DNA of 64,000 nucleotides from Geosiphon pyriformis uo1 (GCA_016748015.1 JAAOMT010000777.1:128347-192346), one strand, 5' to 3'; numbered from the stretch's first letter, positions 13,850 through 26,851 are shown. Numbers and translations are program-made. Notes: generated by a model from the sequence alone, not told the origin.

Positions 13850-15208
13850 CAATATGTATGATTGGTTCCAAATCTTGTAGAATTTCATCTGGTCTTACTA
13901 ATATTTTTTGTACTCTCAGTTGTAAAATATTATTGATAGATGATAATATGTAGTAATAGAATTTTAGTCAATTACTATGTACTGCTTTGGCTAAAATTTT
14001 GTTGTCTTATTTTAGCATGTATGCTTCATTTTTCAAAATTTTTTCAATATAAAATGATCCATTTTATTTGGAGTCAAACTTTCTACTTCATTGTTTTTCT
14101 GCTTTGGTATGATATAGAAGTACTTTGTCTTCAATCTTGAATTCAACTGGTTTATCTGGTAATTGGTTATCATATTATTTTTTTTGTTTTTCTTGTGACT
14201 TTTAAATGTTATTAGATGTTTTTTGCCATTTGTTTTCTAACATTTTCATTAAGTCATATGTTTTTCTTAACAACATTTCTTGGAAATTGTCTTCTGTTAT
14301 TGGTTTAGTTAGATATGTATTGACTTCTATTTCAACTGGTAGTATTGCTGTTCTACTATATACTAATTCACATAGTGTTGCTTATGTAGTGTTTTGCTTC
14401 ATTGTCCAATAAGCAAATAATACTGATGATATAAACAAGTCCCATTTATTTTAGTTTTTTTGATTAATTTTAACAATTGCTTTACACAGTGTTCTATTAA
14501 ATCTTTCAATTAAGTTATTGGTTTATGGATAATATAGTGATGATAGTAATCATTTTATTCCAAATTTTTGACTTAATTTTGCCAATGTTTTGTTCACAAA
14601 GTGAGTTCTTTGGTCTGATAATAATTTCTTTGGACATCTGTGTTGATAGATTAAATCTTAATAAATGAATTTGGCAACAAATTTTGCATCTGTCTTTTGA
14701 ATTGTTTTTGCTTCTGGTCATTTAGTGAAATAATCTATGGCTACTATAATATATCTGTTGTCTCTGCTGATGATTGTTAATGGTCTAACTAAGTCAATTC
14801 CAATTCAATCAAATGGTTGTCCTACTTTGATTGGTCTTAATAGTTTGCTGGATCTTGTTCTTTTTCTTTTTTGATAAGCATCATAGTTTTGAACATATTA
14901 AATGATGTCTGGATACATTGATGACCAATAGTATTTTTTTCTGGTTCTTTCTATTGTTGTTTCTTTATGAAAATGTCCTGCCATTGAGTCTGAATGCATG
15001 TTGAATAGTATTGTTTTTTTTCTGGTTCTGTAATTACTTTGGTTGGTTGATTTGAATTCTTTCTGTTTCTCCAATATAGTATATTTTGGTAGATAATAAA
15101 ATATATTGATTGTTGTTTTATGTTGTTTTGTTCTTTTTGAGATAATTTCTCCTTGAACAATTGGGTATTTATATAATATTAGAGTTGTTGGTATTTTTGT
15201 GTGTTCAT
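13850..15208 (-). pseudogene. Integrase ORF of F
   Basis: ATG at 15208; homologous to A 33180-34562; multiple stops. Confidence 0.82.
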
Positions 15209-15240
15209 CTTTTTTGTTATATTTTTGGGTTAAAATGTTT

Positions 15241-16007
15241 TTAGATTTGTTTTATTTGTGACAAACCATCAGCATTTCTATTTTTTTTTCTCTTTTTATA
15301 ATACACTGTATAATTGAATGGTGATAGTTTTATTTTCTATCTTGCATAGTGATTATTTCCGAATTCTTGTTTTTGGATTGAAGTTAATTCTTTGTAATTA
15401 GTATATATAGCAAACTTCTGGCTTAAGTATTCTTTTTATTTGATGACTGTTCTATAAATAGCTAAGTGTTTTAGTGTTAATATTCCATAATTTTTTTTAG
15501 CTGGGCTTAAATTTTGGCTAGTATATACTATTGGATGTTTTCTTCTATCTGGTTTTCTCTGAGATAGTATAGCTTCTAATGCTTGACTTAATACATCAGT
15601 AGTAATAATGAATGGCTTGCTATGATCTGAATAGATAAGTATTGAGACTTGAATAAGCTTTTTTTGTAATATATTAAAAGCTTTTTGCTGGGTTTTAGTC
15701 CATTCATATTTAATATTTTTGGTTTAAAACTGGTAAAGTAATTGAGCCAGTTTGAAAAAGTCTTTAATAAAGCAGTAATAATAATCTGCGAATTCCAAAA
15801 ATGCTTGTAGTTTAGTTAAGTTGGTTAGTACTGAAAATTTTTTTACTATCTCAATTTTATCTGAATTTGTTTTAATGCTGTCTTTGCTCATAATATGTCT
15901 CAAGAATTTTAGTTCTATTTTGCCAAAAAAATACTTGTTTGTATTTAATTTTAATTTTGCACATCTAAGTCTTTTAAACACTTGCTAGAAATAATAAAAA
16001 TGATCAT
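15241..16007 (-). pseudogene. RT C-terminal half and RNase H of F
   Basis: ORF 15724..15981 LKLNTNKYFFGKIELKFL; ends NADGLSQIKQI-stop at 15241-15243. Confidence 0.85.
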
Positions 16008-17067
16008 TGTTATGAGTAAACTTAGTGGGATAAACAGATGGTAACATTTGATGCTCTTAATTATTGATAAGGTGTATTTTGCATAATTCTGCTGACTTAG
16101 TTTGGATTATCAGTCTCTAAAGATCTTATCTACTGGTTGTGAATTTACCTGTTGAGTTCTTTGGTTATAAGACACAGAGTTTTGGTTTTTATTGATTGCA
16201 ACTTCTTATAAAGATGAGTTTTTTTTTCTGAGCTAATAAGTGCAATTATAGGGTCTGGAGTTGTCTTTTTACTTTTTTGGTAAGCTATCAAGATAACATT
16301 AATATCTAAAAACCTAAAAAAAGCTTCTCTCTTTTATCAGGTTATTATGAAGTCTATTTCCAAACAGTTGATTTTACTATGTTGCCACTCTACAAAAGAA
16401 TAAAAATAAAAAATAAAAAAAAATAAAAAAAAATAAAAATAAAAGAAAAATAAAAGAAAGAAAAAAAGAAAAGAATTAGTATTGTCAATTACTATGATCA
16501 AGAGCAATTGGTCCAAATTATTAATAGTTCAAGGTGGTTATGCTAAGAACATTTGTTCTGGAATGAGGTACAAAACAATAGTTAATTCATGTAAATTTTA
16601 CAAAGTTTGAGAACATAAATTTGTGATTCTAATTTTTTAATAATTGATTTATTTCAGAACATAAATATGGAATATAATAAATAATAGAAGAGGTAAAGAT
16701 ATTTGATTCTTGTCTAGCGGTTTGTATTTATTAGTTTGTCTATTTTTACTTTCTTCAACTACTCACTTTTATATATTCTTTTTGGTTTTATAGAATTGCT
16801 TCTAATTGTTTTGTTATTGCTAACTATTGTTGTGTTATTTCTGTTATTGCTTTATTCTTCTATATTATTACTAGTTATCCTATATTATAACATGTTATTT
16901 GGTGTTATTACATATTATTCTGTATTATTTTATGTTATAATATATTATTCTGCACTATCTTAAGTTATAACATGTTATCTAATATTATTGCTGCTATTTT
17001 GTGTTATGTCACATTCTGGTCACATTTTTTTATAACTTTAGATTGGTTTTTTTTTAATCAGATAATA
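16008..17067 (-). repeat. 3' LTR of B
   Basis: Runs from TGTTATG to GATAATA (decayed GGTAACA), followed by TTATCCCTCTTTTTT (PPT on minus). Homologous to the LTRs at 36719, 45852 and 54761. Confidence 0.9.
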
Positions 17068-17081
17068 TTATCCCTCTTTTT

Positions 17082-17818
17082 TTAAAATTGAGTTTCTGTG
17101 AAATCATATGTATCTGTTTCTATGTTTTTGTTTATGTAATATTCAATGGTTGTATTGAGTATTGTTTTTCATAGGTCTTTGAACTGTTGATTGGTAATTT
17201 GTTTTATGTTGTTAACTATTATTATCTTTATAGATTCATACAACAAAACATTTGGACAATGTTGAAAAGTAACATATAGTCAGTATGCTGTTTTGTAATA
17301 TAAGGTCAGATTGCTTTTTTCTACAAATTTTTTTACTTGTTGCATTGCTTTTTTGTTGAAAGTTTTTTGGCTGAAGTCTCTATATGGCATTTTTAAGTCT
17401 AATTGTTCACCTATTTTGTAGAACTAATAAGCTGAAGGAAGTCTTTTTTTCCATTCTTTTGTGTTGTCTGGTGTCCATTCTCCTGTTTTGGGAAGATTGA
17501 TCTTACAAGCTAAAGCTTCTTTGATTTTTTCCAGCTCAGAAATCAAGTATTTTCTTTTATAAACTTTTTTTGTTCCTCTACTCTTTTTTTAAGTTTCATC
17601 CAAGACAATTTAATTCTTTTTTGTAAAATTTTTTTTTCAGACAGGGTGTAGAAATGAGAATGGTTAGTTCTAATTGAATTTGTACCTATTCCTTTTTTGC
17701 TCCTATTTTTATAGCGTATTTTTTTTCTATTGATTGTTATTTCTATTTGAGCAGAAAATTGTTAAATTGCATCAAATAGTTGTTTCGAGAGTTGTAGAAT
17801 TTGATCTGACATGTCTAT
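17082..17818 (-). pseudogene. ORF3 of B
   Basis: Aligns with C 45103-45837; TATA-like box at 17856-17864. Confidence 0.75.
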
Positions 17819-17898
17819 GTTAAAAGTTCTATTATTTTTTGTTGTTTTTCAGATGCTATATATATTTGAATTTTCTAATTTAATTTGTTGCACATTGT

Positions 17899-19264
17899 CT
17901 ATGTTTTGATGAGAATGATTGGTTTCAGATCTTGTGGTATATCTTCTGGTTTGATTAATAAAATTTGTGTTCCTAACTGAGATACTGATAATAATGATTT
18001 CTGTTTTGCATAATAAATTTTTAACCAATTTCCATATGCTACTTTCTTTAAAATCTTGTTTTCCAATCATAATTTGTAAGCTTCATTTCCTAAAGCTTTG
18101 TGTATATGGAATAAACCATTCCACTTTGAGTCAAACTTTCCACTCTACTGTTTTTTAGCTTTTGTACAATGTAACAGTACTTAGTCTCCAATCTTGAATT
18201 CCATTGGTTGTTCTAATAGGTAATTATCATGTTTTTTTTTTGTTGTTCTTGAGCATGACTAATATTGTCAGCTGCTGTTCTTCAATTGTCTTTCAATGTT
18301 TCCATTAGCTGGTACATTCTTTGGTGTAAGATAGCTTCAAAATTTTTTTTATTGATTGTTTCTATTAGATATGACAGTATTACTTGTTCAATCAGTAATG
18401 TAGTTTTTTTTCATAGACTAGTTTGAATGGTGTAAACTGAGTTGTATTTTGTTTTAATGTTTAGTATACAAAGAGTACAGAAGATATAAATAAGTCTTAT
18501 TCTTGTTTGTTTTTATGACTTATTTTTGCTAGTGCTTTACACAGTGTTTAGTTATATTGTTCTACCAGTTCATTCATTTGTGGATAGTATAGTAATAATA
18601 AGGGTCATTTTATTACAAACTGTTGGCTTAGTTCAGTTAGCATATTATTAACAAAATATGTTCCCTAATTAGATAATAATTCTTTTGGGCATCTATATCA
18701 GCAAATTAGATCTTAATGCATAAATTTGGCTACTGTTTTGGTATTGGCCACTTGGATTGCTCTGGCTTCTGGCCATTTTGTAAAATAGTCTATGGTTACA
18801 GCAATATAGTGATTTCTTTGGAATGTAATTGAGAGAAGTTCAACTAAATTGATCCCAATTCTATCAAATGAATTTCCAACTAAGATGAATCGAAGTGGTT
18901 CTGTTGATCTTGTTTCTTTTCTTTGCTAACATAAGTCACAATTGAGCACATATTCAAAAATGTTTTTGTACATTGTTGGCCAATAGTATAAATTTAGTGT
19001 TCTTTTAAGAGTAGTATCTTTGTTAAAGTGTTCTATAGTTGGATTAAAATGCATATTATGTAATATAATTTCTTTTTTATTGTTCTTTATAACTCATTGT
19101 GGAGTGAGACAGTTTCAGCATTCTTGTTGATATAGTTGGTTGTTTTGAATAAAATAATTTTGGGCTTGTTTTCATATGGTACTTTGTTCTTGTTAAGATA
19201 ATATCTCCTTGAAACATAGTGTTAATAGGTACTGATGTACTTGTTGATAAATAAGTATGTCCAT
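17899..19264 (-). pseudogene. Integrase ORF of B
   Basis: ATG at 19264 lies 10 nt after the RNase H stop at 19275-19277; homologous to C 43655-45022. Confidence 0.85.
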
Positions 19265-19274
19265 GAGTCTGAGA

Positions 19275-22200
19275 TTAGGTTTGTGGCATTCTTGACAAAC
19301 TGTTGACATTGGTGTTCTTGGATTTTTCCTTGTAATAGACTTTGAGTGAGATTTGTTACAGATAAGTACTCTATTTTGCATATTTTTCCTCTAGTTGTGA
19401 ATTGTTAAGTAACCAAACAAGTCTTTTATAATCAGTATATAGATTAAAAAGCAAGCTAAAATAATGTCTTCACATCTGTATGGTCCAATAAATGGCAAGA
19501 CATTCCAAATCTGTTGTGCTGTAATTTTTTTCTGCTGGGCTAGTGCTGTGACTGGTATAGACAATTGAATGTTCTCTATTATTCAGTCTTATTTATAAAA
19601 AGACAGCTCCTAGAGCATTTTTTGAGGCATCTGTAGTGACAATAAACCATTTAGTGAAATCTGAGTAAATTAGGATTGGGAATGTAATCAATTGCTGTTT
19701 GAGATAGTTGAAAACTCTTTAACAAACTGGCAGTAGTATTCTGCTAATTCTAAAAATCTTTGTAACTCTTGAAAATTGATTGGGACTAGAAAATTTTTAA
19801 CTTTTTGGACCTTGTCTGAGTCGGATTTGACTTTGTTTTTACCAATCATGTGTCCTAAAAATTTCAATTCAGTTTTCCCAAAAAAACATTTCTCAAAATT
19901 GAGTTTTAATTTGGCATTTTGAAAGTATTCGAAAACTTGTTGAAGGTGCAGTAGATGATTGTCAAATGTTTTGAAGAATATGTTTGTGTTGTCTAAGTAA
20001 ACTACAACTAATTTCCAAAGAATTTCTTTGTACATAATATTCATAAAGCATTGAAATGTGGCAGGAGTGTTGCAGAGTCCAAAGAGCCTTACATTGAACT
20101 CAAAGTTTCTGTCTCAAATGGTAAATGCTGTTTTTTTTTTATCTTTGAGATCTATTTTGATCTGCCAATATCCACTGGCTAAATCTAATGACAAGAACTA
20201 TTTCTTTTTTCTTAGATTGTCCAGGATTCCTTGGATGAGAAGAGTGAGATAATTATCTTCTTGGATGACATTATTTAATTTTTGGTAATCCATGCAAAAT
20301 TGTATTTTTCTGTTTTTCTTGGTCACCAGGACTACTGGAAAAGACCAAAAGCTTAATAATTCCTTAATTAAGCTATTATTGAGCATTTGTTGGACTTTTT
20401 GTTTGATAAGATTGTGGATATTTGGTAAGCTTATTGTTTAATAGGTTGAGTATCTCTTATATCAATCTGATGCTTCACAATGTTAATGCATCCAAACTTA
20501 TATTCACTGGTAAAGACATTGGCATATTGATTTAAGAGAATCTTAAGTTGAATTTGCTGGAAAGTACTTAGGTTTCTCAAGTGTAGTTTGTCAATTTCTT
20601 CTAATATGAACAGGTAACTTTTTTTTGGCAAGTTTTATACTTGTAAGATAATATTGCAAAATAAAAATAGCTGTGTGAAATCTAAAATGGGCTGGGGTTT
20701 TTTAGGATGTTAAATATCTGAAGAGATAGAACCAATGAGAATTTTTTTGAGAATTTTAATAATATTTTCTGTGCGGTTGTGGATGGAAATTTTGAAGTGT
20801 TTATGGGCTTTGACCAGTAGATATAGGTAAGCAATATTGACTAGAAAACAGATTTCAGGATTAGCTTCAAATAACAGAACTTGATCTTGGATTTTTTGAT
20901 TCATCTTGAGAATGTATTGTTAATAAGAAGGGATGGAAATCACTGTATTAGTGTAAATAAGTTCTACTTGGTCACTATCTTTCTTTGTAAAATTAATTAG
21001 TACATTTTCTCTTCTACTTGATTCAAACCTGTTAATTTCTTAGGCAGTAAAGCCTAATTCTTTTCAAATTGTTACTAGAGTTAATTAAAGTATTTTGACT
21101 AAGAGTAGAAAAATAGCTTGGGCAATCTTTTCTTGTGATTTTATTTTATAAGATTTGCCCAAATTGTTTTGTAGCATTATGATAATGTTTTTTGTATAAC
21201 CAGCATTAATGATTTCTTCCTTTATGTTAATTTTTTTCTTGGCTAAACTGGATTGAGAGACAACTTGTACCATTGTACTAACAAGAATTTTTAATGCTAT
21301 TTTAAAATCTATTATTACAAAGGAATGTAAGACTATAACTATGGTTGATTGTCCAGAGTATTATAGATCAAAACTAACATTAGTGTTATGCACTTTTTTG
21401 GGGCAGATTTTTTTTTTATTGTTACTGTACCATTTTAATTCTAATTTTTTGAATAGATCAGGATACGTAAAATACTGTTCTGTTTTAGTATTCTTAGTTG
21501 GATCTTGAAATAACATGTCCTTGGTAATTAATTCTTCTTTTATCTTAGGTTCTAGTAGTTCAGTAATCAGGTATAGTTTTCTTGGAGGTGAGTTAAACAT
21601 GATATTGCATTTGTTGTAGTATTAAAAATGACAAGGGATCAAACAATAATTGCACAGTTTTGTGTTTAGGTCAGTTAACTTTTGTTTTTGCTCTTCCCTA
21701 GTTAGTGTTAAGTTCTGGTAGTGCTTGTGAAAGTATTCTGGATCATCTTTAATGTTGCCAAAGACGTCAAAAGTCATAATATATTTAGGTTCTGGAAAAT
21801 ATAAGAGGTTGTTTTTGATTTCTCATAATTCTTTGGTTGTAGCGCCTTCTGCTTTTACATTTGTTATTCTCTAAATCTCATGTTTGTCATGGGGATATCT
21901 GTTCAATTGTCATAATGCTTGTTTCCAGGCATTATTGATTGGAGTTTTTTTTTGTACTCAATCATTGATCAATATGGTATATTGACATGCTTTATTATAT
22001 GTTCTTTCTCTGTTGGAAACATTGCTCCATAGTTTTTCATCTGGCAGAATCTCACTACAGACAAAGCATAATGTATTATTACATTTGCTTTGTTGTTTTG
22101 GTCTGCCAAATCTTTCCAACACACAAAATCTGCAGTAATGTTTAGTGACAGTTGGCTATTTCTTATTGTCTCTGATACATGTGTCCATAGAAGATAACTT

Positions 22201-24897
22201 TTTCTTATAGTCAACACAAATTAATTTCGGGGTTTGATACTATTGACTTGAAGCAGAATAGTCTGCAGATGCCAATTGTAGTTCTTCTTCTGTTTTTCTC
22301 TTTCTCTTTTTTTTTCAAGTTGGTGGTAAGAATAACTCTGTTTGGAAATTGTTTGCTCATAAAACTTGAAAAGTTTCTATAATTGATAGTAGTATTGTTA
22401 ATTAGCAGTTCCTTCAAGCTTTGGACTTTAAAATGTCTGCACATAGTTGGAACTTGGGCATGTTTTTCATTAAAAGTAATCTGTAATTCCTGTATGTTTC
22501 AGTCAAGAGTGGCATGAGCTTTGACCAACCAGTTGTTTTCAATGAGAGCTTAATATTGCATAGCTTCTATAACCAAGACTTTTGTAGGAATTTAGATTTC
22601 ATTGATTTTGAAAGAGAAGTTATCAATTTCTCCAATTGGGGTTTTGGTATTGCCATCTGCAGTAATAATTCAGGCAGTTGCAGCATGATCTATTTGATAA
22701 CCTAATTGATTCATAAGTTGTTTTGTTATTATACTGCCTGCTGATCTACTATTGAAAATTAATTTAATGTTTATGTTTTCAACTCTAGCATCAGTGTACA
22801 GGGCCGTAATTGGTTTGTCCTGATTTATGGTGGCTCCACTGAAAAGGCTATTTGTGTTCAGACTGTCAATATTAAAAAGGAAGATAGCAGCAAGGATGGT
22901 ATCTTTAGTGATAGTGGCAGATAGAATAGTATTGTTGGTTTGATTTGCTTTGAAGAGTTAGAAGTTTTTTCTTCATTCTTTTTTTCTAAAGGTGTAAAGC
23001 TATAAAAATTTTGGTTTTTAGTAAGACCAAAATATAAGGCTTGATTAAAGTATTCAGTTTATGCTAATCAAGATAAAGCATTACTACAATTTAGGAATTG
23101 CAATAGTATATTGTTAGTCAGTATCTAATTGTTGCTGGTGTTCCTCCATCCTTGGTTGTAATCAATTGCATGATGTTTAGGTTGATTATTACCAGGGTTT
23201 TGGTATTGAGATACTGCTTGAACCATTGGCTGTGATGACTGATAGTAGTTCTAAGGCGGTTGCTGGGTATACTGAATTTGTTGTGAGTATTGAGGCAGTT
23301 GATATTGAGATGCAAGTTATTAGAATACCATGTTTTGAGGGTATCTTGGTTGCTATTATTGATTTCTTTAATTTTGGTCTATTATTTTTTTACAGCAGTC
23401 CCAAACAATATGTCTAAATTTCTGGCAATAGTAACAATTGTAGAGATCAGATCTCCAAGATTGTTGTTGTTGCTAACAATTCTGTTATTGTTGATATCTG
23501 TTGTTATTACTATTTCTTTGTTGTAGTGGCTGGTAGAGTTCTATGGTACTGGCTAAAAATTCCTCAATTTTCTGAGTTAATTTTTTACTTAATTGAGTTA
23601 TTTTTGTGTCAATATTAGATGTTTTATTAATAGTCAGGTTAATAGCTTGAGTATAATTAGTCTTTTGTTTTGCTGACTCAAAATCACAAGTGAGAGTAAT
23701 TGCCTCTTGTAGGTTTATTGGATGGTAGGATCTTATAGATTGGAGGAGATTGTTCTTTAATTCTTTGACAAATTGATTAAAAATTTGTGTTACAGTGTAG
23801 TAATCCCTTTTAATGGCCTAAATTTAACAAAGAATTTGGTTAAATCATTCAAGATAAGTGGTCACTGCTTCATAATGTTTTTGTTTTATAATACTAAACT
23901 GATTTTGTAATCTGATGAAAGTATTGGAGTCACAAAAGTATTACAAAAAGAATGGCAATGCTTGAATGACCCTATCATTATTCTAATTGTTAATGATAAT
24001 GGCTTTCTTGGCTTCCATAATCCATGTATATGTATTGTCTTCTTCACTGGAGAATTTTTCTAATTTGGTAATATCTTGGTAAGCCATAATCTGGTAGATA
24101 AGTGAAGTCTTACTGTTTAATGCTCAGGGATTTGGTGTTTGCATGCTAGAATGTTCTCCTGGTGCTAATTCTGATTGTTTCTCTTTGTTAATTTTCCTAA
24201 TAAGCTAGAGGATAGTTGTTTTTTCAGAGGGGGTAGTTGATGATTCAGTTAAGACTTAGGTTGGTGGTGGTTCTCATATTGATGTATTTTTGTTTGTTTT
24301 ATTAATTGTTAGGATGAGATTTCCAAACAAAGATCCATATTTTCTTAATGATTTGGTTTAACTGTATTGACTCTAAGGGTGTAAATTTCTAGGAGTTTGT
24401 GGTATTTCTGACTGAATTTTCAGATGTGGGTTGAATACAATTTTATTTTGGAGTGTCTGATAGTATGATAGAATTATTGGAAAAAAGAATCTTGGTTTCT
24501 TGTTGACCATAGACTTGGTTTGTTCTTATGTGGCTGCTGCACTATTGGGTTCAAACTCATATTTTTTAGAGTCAGATTCTCCTAGTTGTTGTACTTGAAG
24601 GAATTGTTTTGTTATATAATATTTAATATCTATATCAATTATGCACAAAGTTTCAGTGATTGCTCAGGTAGTTGTGGCTGTTAAGTACTCTAATAAGCTT
24701 TAATGGATTTGTTTTTCAAGTTTTTCTATGTTGGTTGCATGGCCTAATAAGCAGTCAATTTTTGTGTTGATATAATTACAAAAATTACTTTCTGCATAAG
24801 CAGTTTCTGCTAATATTTCTAGATTTTTTCAAAAGTATTGAAATAATGCTTTTCTGTATAGAAAGTGATCTTTTTCTACTGTTTCAATAGTTACCAC
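19275..24897 (-). pseudogene. ORF1 of B: gag-PR-Cys-rich-dUTPase-RT-RNase H
   Basis: Fragments include VVVYLDNTN (RT), SQSSLAKK..IINAGY..KIAQAIF (dUTPase) and VHNTNVSFDL. GTG at 24895-24897. Confidence 0.88.
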
Positions 24898-24940
24898 TTT
24901 TGTGAATTTTCAGAGTCCTCTGTTTTTGTGAATTTATAAT

Positions 24941-24956
24941 CTCACAGGGAGCACCA
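24941..24956 (-). promoter_or_regulatory. Primer binding site of B, TGGTGCTCCCTGTGAG
   Basis: CTCACAGGGAGCACCA on +, 2 nt from the LTR end. It is complementary to a tRNA 3' end with CCA. Confidence 0.9.
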
Positions 24957-24958
24957 AA

Positions 24959-25365
24959 TATTATGGATAAACTTGGTGGGGTAGGAAGATGGTAATGTTT
25001 GGTGCTCTTAATTATTGGTAAGACGTGTTTTGCATAATTTTACTGGCTTAGTCTGAATTATTAGTCTCTGAAGATTTTATCTACTGGTTGTGAATTTACT
25101 TATTAAGTTCTTTGGTTATAAGGCACAGAGTTTTGGTTCTTGCTGATTGCAACTTTTTATAAAGATAAGCTTTCTTCTCTAAGCTAATAAGCACAGTTGT
25201 TAGAGTTCGGCATTGTCTTTTCACCTTTCTGATAAGCTATTAAAATAATGTTAATATCCAAAAACCTAAAGAGAGCTTCCATCTTTTACCAAGTTATTAT
25301 AAAGTTTATTTTCAGACAGTTAATTTTATTATGTTGCCACTGCACAAAAGAATAAAAATAAAAAA

Positions 25366-25405
<40 letters not shown>

Positions 25406-25962
25406 AAAAAAAAAAAAAAAAGAAAAAAAAAAGATAAATTAGTATCTTCAATCACTGTGATCAAGAGTGATTGGTCCAAATCATTGATCATTCGAGGCAG
25501 TTATGCTAAAAGCATCTGTCCTAGAACGAAGGTACAAGACAAGGGTTAATTCATGTAAATTCCACAAAATTCGGAAACATAAATTTGTGACTCTGATTTT
25601 TTTAATAATTGGTTTATTTCAGAAGATGAAATAGGGAGGATAATAAATAATGAAGGGGTATAGATATTTGATTTTTGTCTAGAGATTTGTATCTATCTGT
25701 CTGTTTGCCTTTTCTAACTTCTACAACTACTTGCTTTTATACATTCTTTTGGTTTTACAGAATTGCTTTCAATTGTCTCGCTATCACTAGTTATTGCTTT
25801 GTTATTTCTGTTATTGCTTTGTTTTTCTATGTTATCACTAGTTATCCTATGTTAAAACATATTATCTGACGTTATTACATGTTGTTCTGTGTTATCCTAC
25901 ATTATAACACATTATCTTATATTATTGCACACTATTCTGTGTTATCCTGTATTATAACACAT
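24959..25962 (-). repeat. Shared chimeric family II LTR, left part (continues at 36184-36285)
   Basis: Flanked by the PBS of B on the left. Once A is removed, it is flanked by the PPT of D on the right. Confidence 0.9.
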
Positions 25963-26849
25963 TGTTACTTATAGAAATATAAGAAATATATTAGCATAAT
26001 TATTAGCCAATCAGAAGTAAGCATAGTAAATATGGAATTCCAGGATTCCTCTCAGGAATTGCAGGATTCCAGGAATTTCAGGATTCCCAATAAGGAATTG
26101 CAGGATTCCAGAATTCCAGAATTCTTCTTAAAGAAATCGCAGGATTCCAGGAATTCCAAGATTCCTGTCATGAAGAATCGAGGAATTGAGGAATCTCAAT
26201 TATGTATATATAGCAGTAATGTTAGAAACAGAAAAGACAGAATCAATACTACAAAATTCTTAACCTAAAAACACAATCATCAAATAAATAATTATTTCAT
26301 ATCTCAAATCTACTCCCCACTATTAACCTTTCATGTTGATAGTAATTGATACTTAACCATGCTGGAACAATAGCTCTTGATCACGGCTATTGACGGGATA
26401 CTAATCTGCAAATTGCCTTGGCTTATTTCTTTGCTTTTTTTATTTTTTATTTTATTTCTTTTTCTTTATTTTATTTTGATATGTTGTTATATATACTAAT
26501 TGATAAAAGATTAAGCACTGAGTTATTGACGTCAAAGATAGTCTGGTAAAAGACTCAGAAATACAGGTAGGATTTTATATATTATCAGATAGCTTACCAA
26601 AAGGGCACGACTGCCAGACTAAATCCGGCCACCACACTGAGAAAAAAATTGGAAAAACTCTTGGAAAATATATCTACTATCAATACTATTGAATCTCTGT
26701 TCATTATACAAAGGACTCAACCAAAACCTTCAGATCCATTAAAACCTTCAGATACAGCACCTTCAGAACAGTCTCAATGGAAGTAACTTTTGAGCACCAA
26801 GTTACAGGTTTGTTATTTAATTCAACAGCAGAAATATTCATCTGTAACA
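25963..26849 (+). repeat. 5' LTR of A (887 bp)
   Basis: TGTTAC...TGTAACA termini. Contains CCAAT near 26006, TATATATAG near 26204 and AATAAA at 26283. Near-identical to 35261-36183. Confidence 0.96.
26033..26195 (+). repeat. U3 short tandem array of GGA(A)TT(C/G)CA units (putative enhancer)
   Basis: Repeated GGAATTCCAGGATTCC and GGAATTGCAGGATTCC upstream of the TATA box; also at 35331-35493, and decayed in F and G. Confidence 0.8.
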
Positions 26850-26851
26850 TT

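Larger units (their letters stand above)
11984..16007 (-). mobile_element. Ty3/Gypsy copy F (family I), 3' half only: RT C-half, RNase H, integrase, ORF3, 3' LTR
   Basis: The reverse complement aligns with A 32350-36183. It breaks off in RT at the FDDH codons, where the LTR of B begins. Confidence 0.9.
16008..25962 (-). mobile_element. Ty3/Gypsy copy B (family II, diverged subfamily), near complete; its 5' LTR is shared with D and interrupted by A
   Basis: 3' LTR 16008-17067, PPT, ORF3, IN, RH-RT-dUTPase-PR-gag, PBS at 24941-24956, LTR from 24959. Confidence 0.92.

Noticed and set aside
26032-26268. ORF MEFQDSSQELQDS (and 35330..35566)
   Set aside because: It is a translation of the U3 tandem array upstream of the TATA box, and the start is GTG in the twin LTR.
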